Source: Octopus sinensis
Taxonomy: Eukaryota
Assembly: GCF_006345805.1 (NCBI RefSeq)
Contig: NW_021827913.1
Span: 1-9,503, forward strand
Reading direction: 5' to 3'
DNA: 9,503 nt
Each line of letters starts with the position of its first letter. The first letter of the stretch is position 1. This document shows, in pieces, positions 7,823-9,503 of the stretch. The position numbers were made by a program, and so were the translations under genes. The notes under the pieces were generated by a model, which saw only the letters and a program-made list of their open reading frames with translations, had not been told where the DNA came from and ran no database searches.

Positions 7823-8506
7823 AGATATTATTCAAGGTAATTTTTCATTCGGGGGTGCTTGCGGTACACAGTTTGCCCGTGGCTGGTCTAAAGGTGTTAT
7901 GGGAGAATCCTGTACAGCCACCACGTGACTGAAAGTGGACTAACGGATTCCAGTAGATAAAGAACCGTGTGAACTTCGAACTTTCAGGGGAAGTTAACTG
8001 TGTTGGTTGAGCGTATTGGTTACTGTGTTAGTGCGGCGTGTTTTCGCTTAATATCGTTCCTACGTTCGAGTAGTACTAAGCGCGTTCTGTGTGACCATAA
8101 TAATTCTACGATAGGTTATTTTAGATAACCACATTCCAAATTTTTATTTGGATAATACTATTTTACACCCGACATGTACACGCACGTCATAACAAAAGGA
8201 AACATAAAAACACCAATCAATGGTGATCCCCCAATCCAAGACATTCACTCGCAGATCAAGCCCCGTGTTCTATTAAGCAGAAAATCTCTATGAAATCTTT
8301 CCCACTTGTACATGGATTTTGACCAGAATTGATCAACATCCGTTAATGTTATATCGCTTGAAAGAAATGAATGCTTGAACATAACCTACTCGGCATCCAT
8401 GGATACTACGGACTGCATCGTGATCATCCCAGGAATGCGCACACTGATCTTAAGAAACACGGAATTTGTAGAAACGCGCGTAGCGATGCATTATAATATT
8501 TATAAA

Positions 8507-8720
8507 TTCTTCTTCTTCTCTTCTTCTTCTTCTTCTTCTTCTTCTTCTTCTTCTTCTTCTTCTTCTTCTGCTTCTTCTTCTTCTTCTTCTTCTTCTTATT
8601 CTGATTATTATTATTATTAGTAGTAGTAGTAGTATTATTATTATTACTACTGTTGCTGCTGCTACTACTACTACTACTACTGCTGCTGATGATGATGATG
8701 ATGCTGCTGCTGTACTACTA
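8507..8720. repeat. (TTC)n (8507-8597) followed by a chain of (TTA)(TAG)(CTG)(CTA)(GAT) triplet runs
   Basis: Read directly. Confidence 0.96.
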
Positions 8721-8859
8721 TATCTGTGTGTGTGTATTATGTATTACGCAGATCTGAAACGTACGCATTAAATGCTTTCAAAATAACCATTATTTGGTTT
8801 GACTTTATTGTTACATCTTACACACACACACACATGCATATATACATACATAATGCATG

Positions 8860-8928
8860 CATACATACATACATACATACATACATACATACATACATAC
8901 ATACATACATACATACATACATACATAC
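8860..8928. repeat. (CATA)n tetranucleotide microsatellite, possibly the (TATG)n tail of the adjacent LINE
   Basis: Perfect CATA run lying directly 3' of the minus-strand RTE remnant. Confidence 0.9.
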
Positions 8929-8929
8929 T

Positions 8930-9503
8930 TATCCTCCTACTAACGTGGAATGTAAGCCTCTTACGATTGCATGACTTTGTAACATAATCACTAACTTCTT
9001 AGTCGTGATTAGCAGAAGCGAAACCGGTCAACTACGTAAACCTTACAAGCAGCTCAGTTTCTTCCTGGCTCATATGACTTCAGATGGCTGACAAGCACAG
9101 CAATTGAAAGAAGAAATCGTCCATACATATTGCATTCATCTCCTGTTGTGTTTCTGCTGTCTCTACATGTGGATCCCGCTTACGGAGAGAACCCTCAAAA
9201 GCAGTATGTTCCATTGGCTTGTGCTCAAAGACACCACATCTGTACCTGGTAGTGTCTTTCAACGATGTACAACTTTCAGCCAATTTCTCCCAGAGTCCCA
9301 TATCGATCTCCAGAACTTTAAGGTTGCCTTTTTTAACATCTTTAAAGCTCTTCCTGGGTTTGTACTGAGGCCTCTCTCCTTTAGTGAAACCTCCATAAAA
9401 TATACACTTGGGCAGCCTGCAATTTTCGATCCTAGCGACAGGACCAGCCGACTCGAAGAATTTCACGTTTTCCCGCTTTATTTGTTGCCCCAAATGGCTT
9501 ATT
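8930..9503 (-). mobile_element. Decayed 3' end of an RTE-clade (BovB-like) LINE; left boundary approximate
   Basis: Translation SAGPVARIENCRLPKCIFYGGFTKGERPQYKPRKSFKDVKKGNLKVLEIDMGLWEKLAE fits the post-RT C-terminal motif of RTE ORFs (WAGHVxRMxxxRLPKxxxYGELxxGxRxxGxPxKRxKDxxKxxLK...W). Confidence 0.85.
9063..9503 (-). pseudogene. Frameshifted C-terminal remnant of the RTE LINE ORF, including a degenerate C2H2 zinc finger (9134-9072)
   Basis: ORF 9493-9080 carries the RTE motif with W and H substitutions; a shifted frame reads CNMYGRFLLSIAVLVSHLKSY with C-x2-(C>Y)-x12-H-x3-(H>Y) spacing. Confidence 0.75.

Noticed and set aside
8935-8995. Possible second zinc finger in the RTE 3' region (SDYVTKSCNRKRLTFHVRR)
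   Set aside because: Ligands are missing and the spacing is wrong; too degenerate to support without a family consensus.
1-9503. CRISPR array, prokaryotic operon or defence system
   Set aside because: There are no regularly spaced identical repeats with unique spacers and no dense coding; the window is eukaryotic repeat-rich DNA.

Overview
Repeat-dense, AT-rich, non-genic-looking eukaryotic DNA. The SINE families and very high microsatellite load look like those I associate with octopus (coleoid cephalopod) genomes; this taxonomy is inferred from recalled repeat sequences, not searched. No intact protein-coding gene is recognisable, and nearly all ORFs in the track are read-throughs of microsatellites or SINEs. 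Supported content: (i) three tRNA-derived SINE families in about 14 copies or fragments, including one full-length copy with a perfect 18-bp target-site duplication (7573-7840); (ii) a decayed 3' end of an RTE-clade (BovB-like) LINE on the minus strand with a frameshifted C2H2 finger remnant (about 8930-9503); (iii) an orphan repeat fragment carrying a minimal type-I hammerhead ribozyme motif of the kind found in Penelope-like elements (4403-4437), the most interesting signal here; (iv) many simple and compound microsatellites. A speculative pair of small minus-strand coding exons (8443-8390, 7928-7832) is also flagged.
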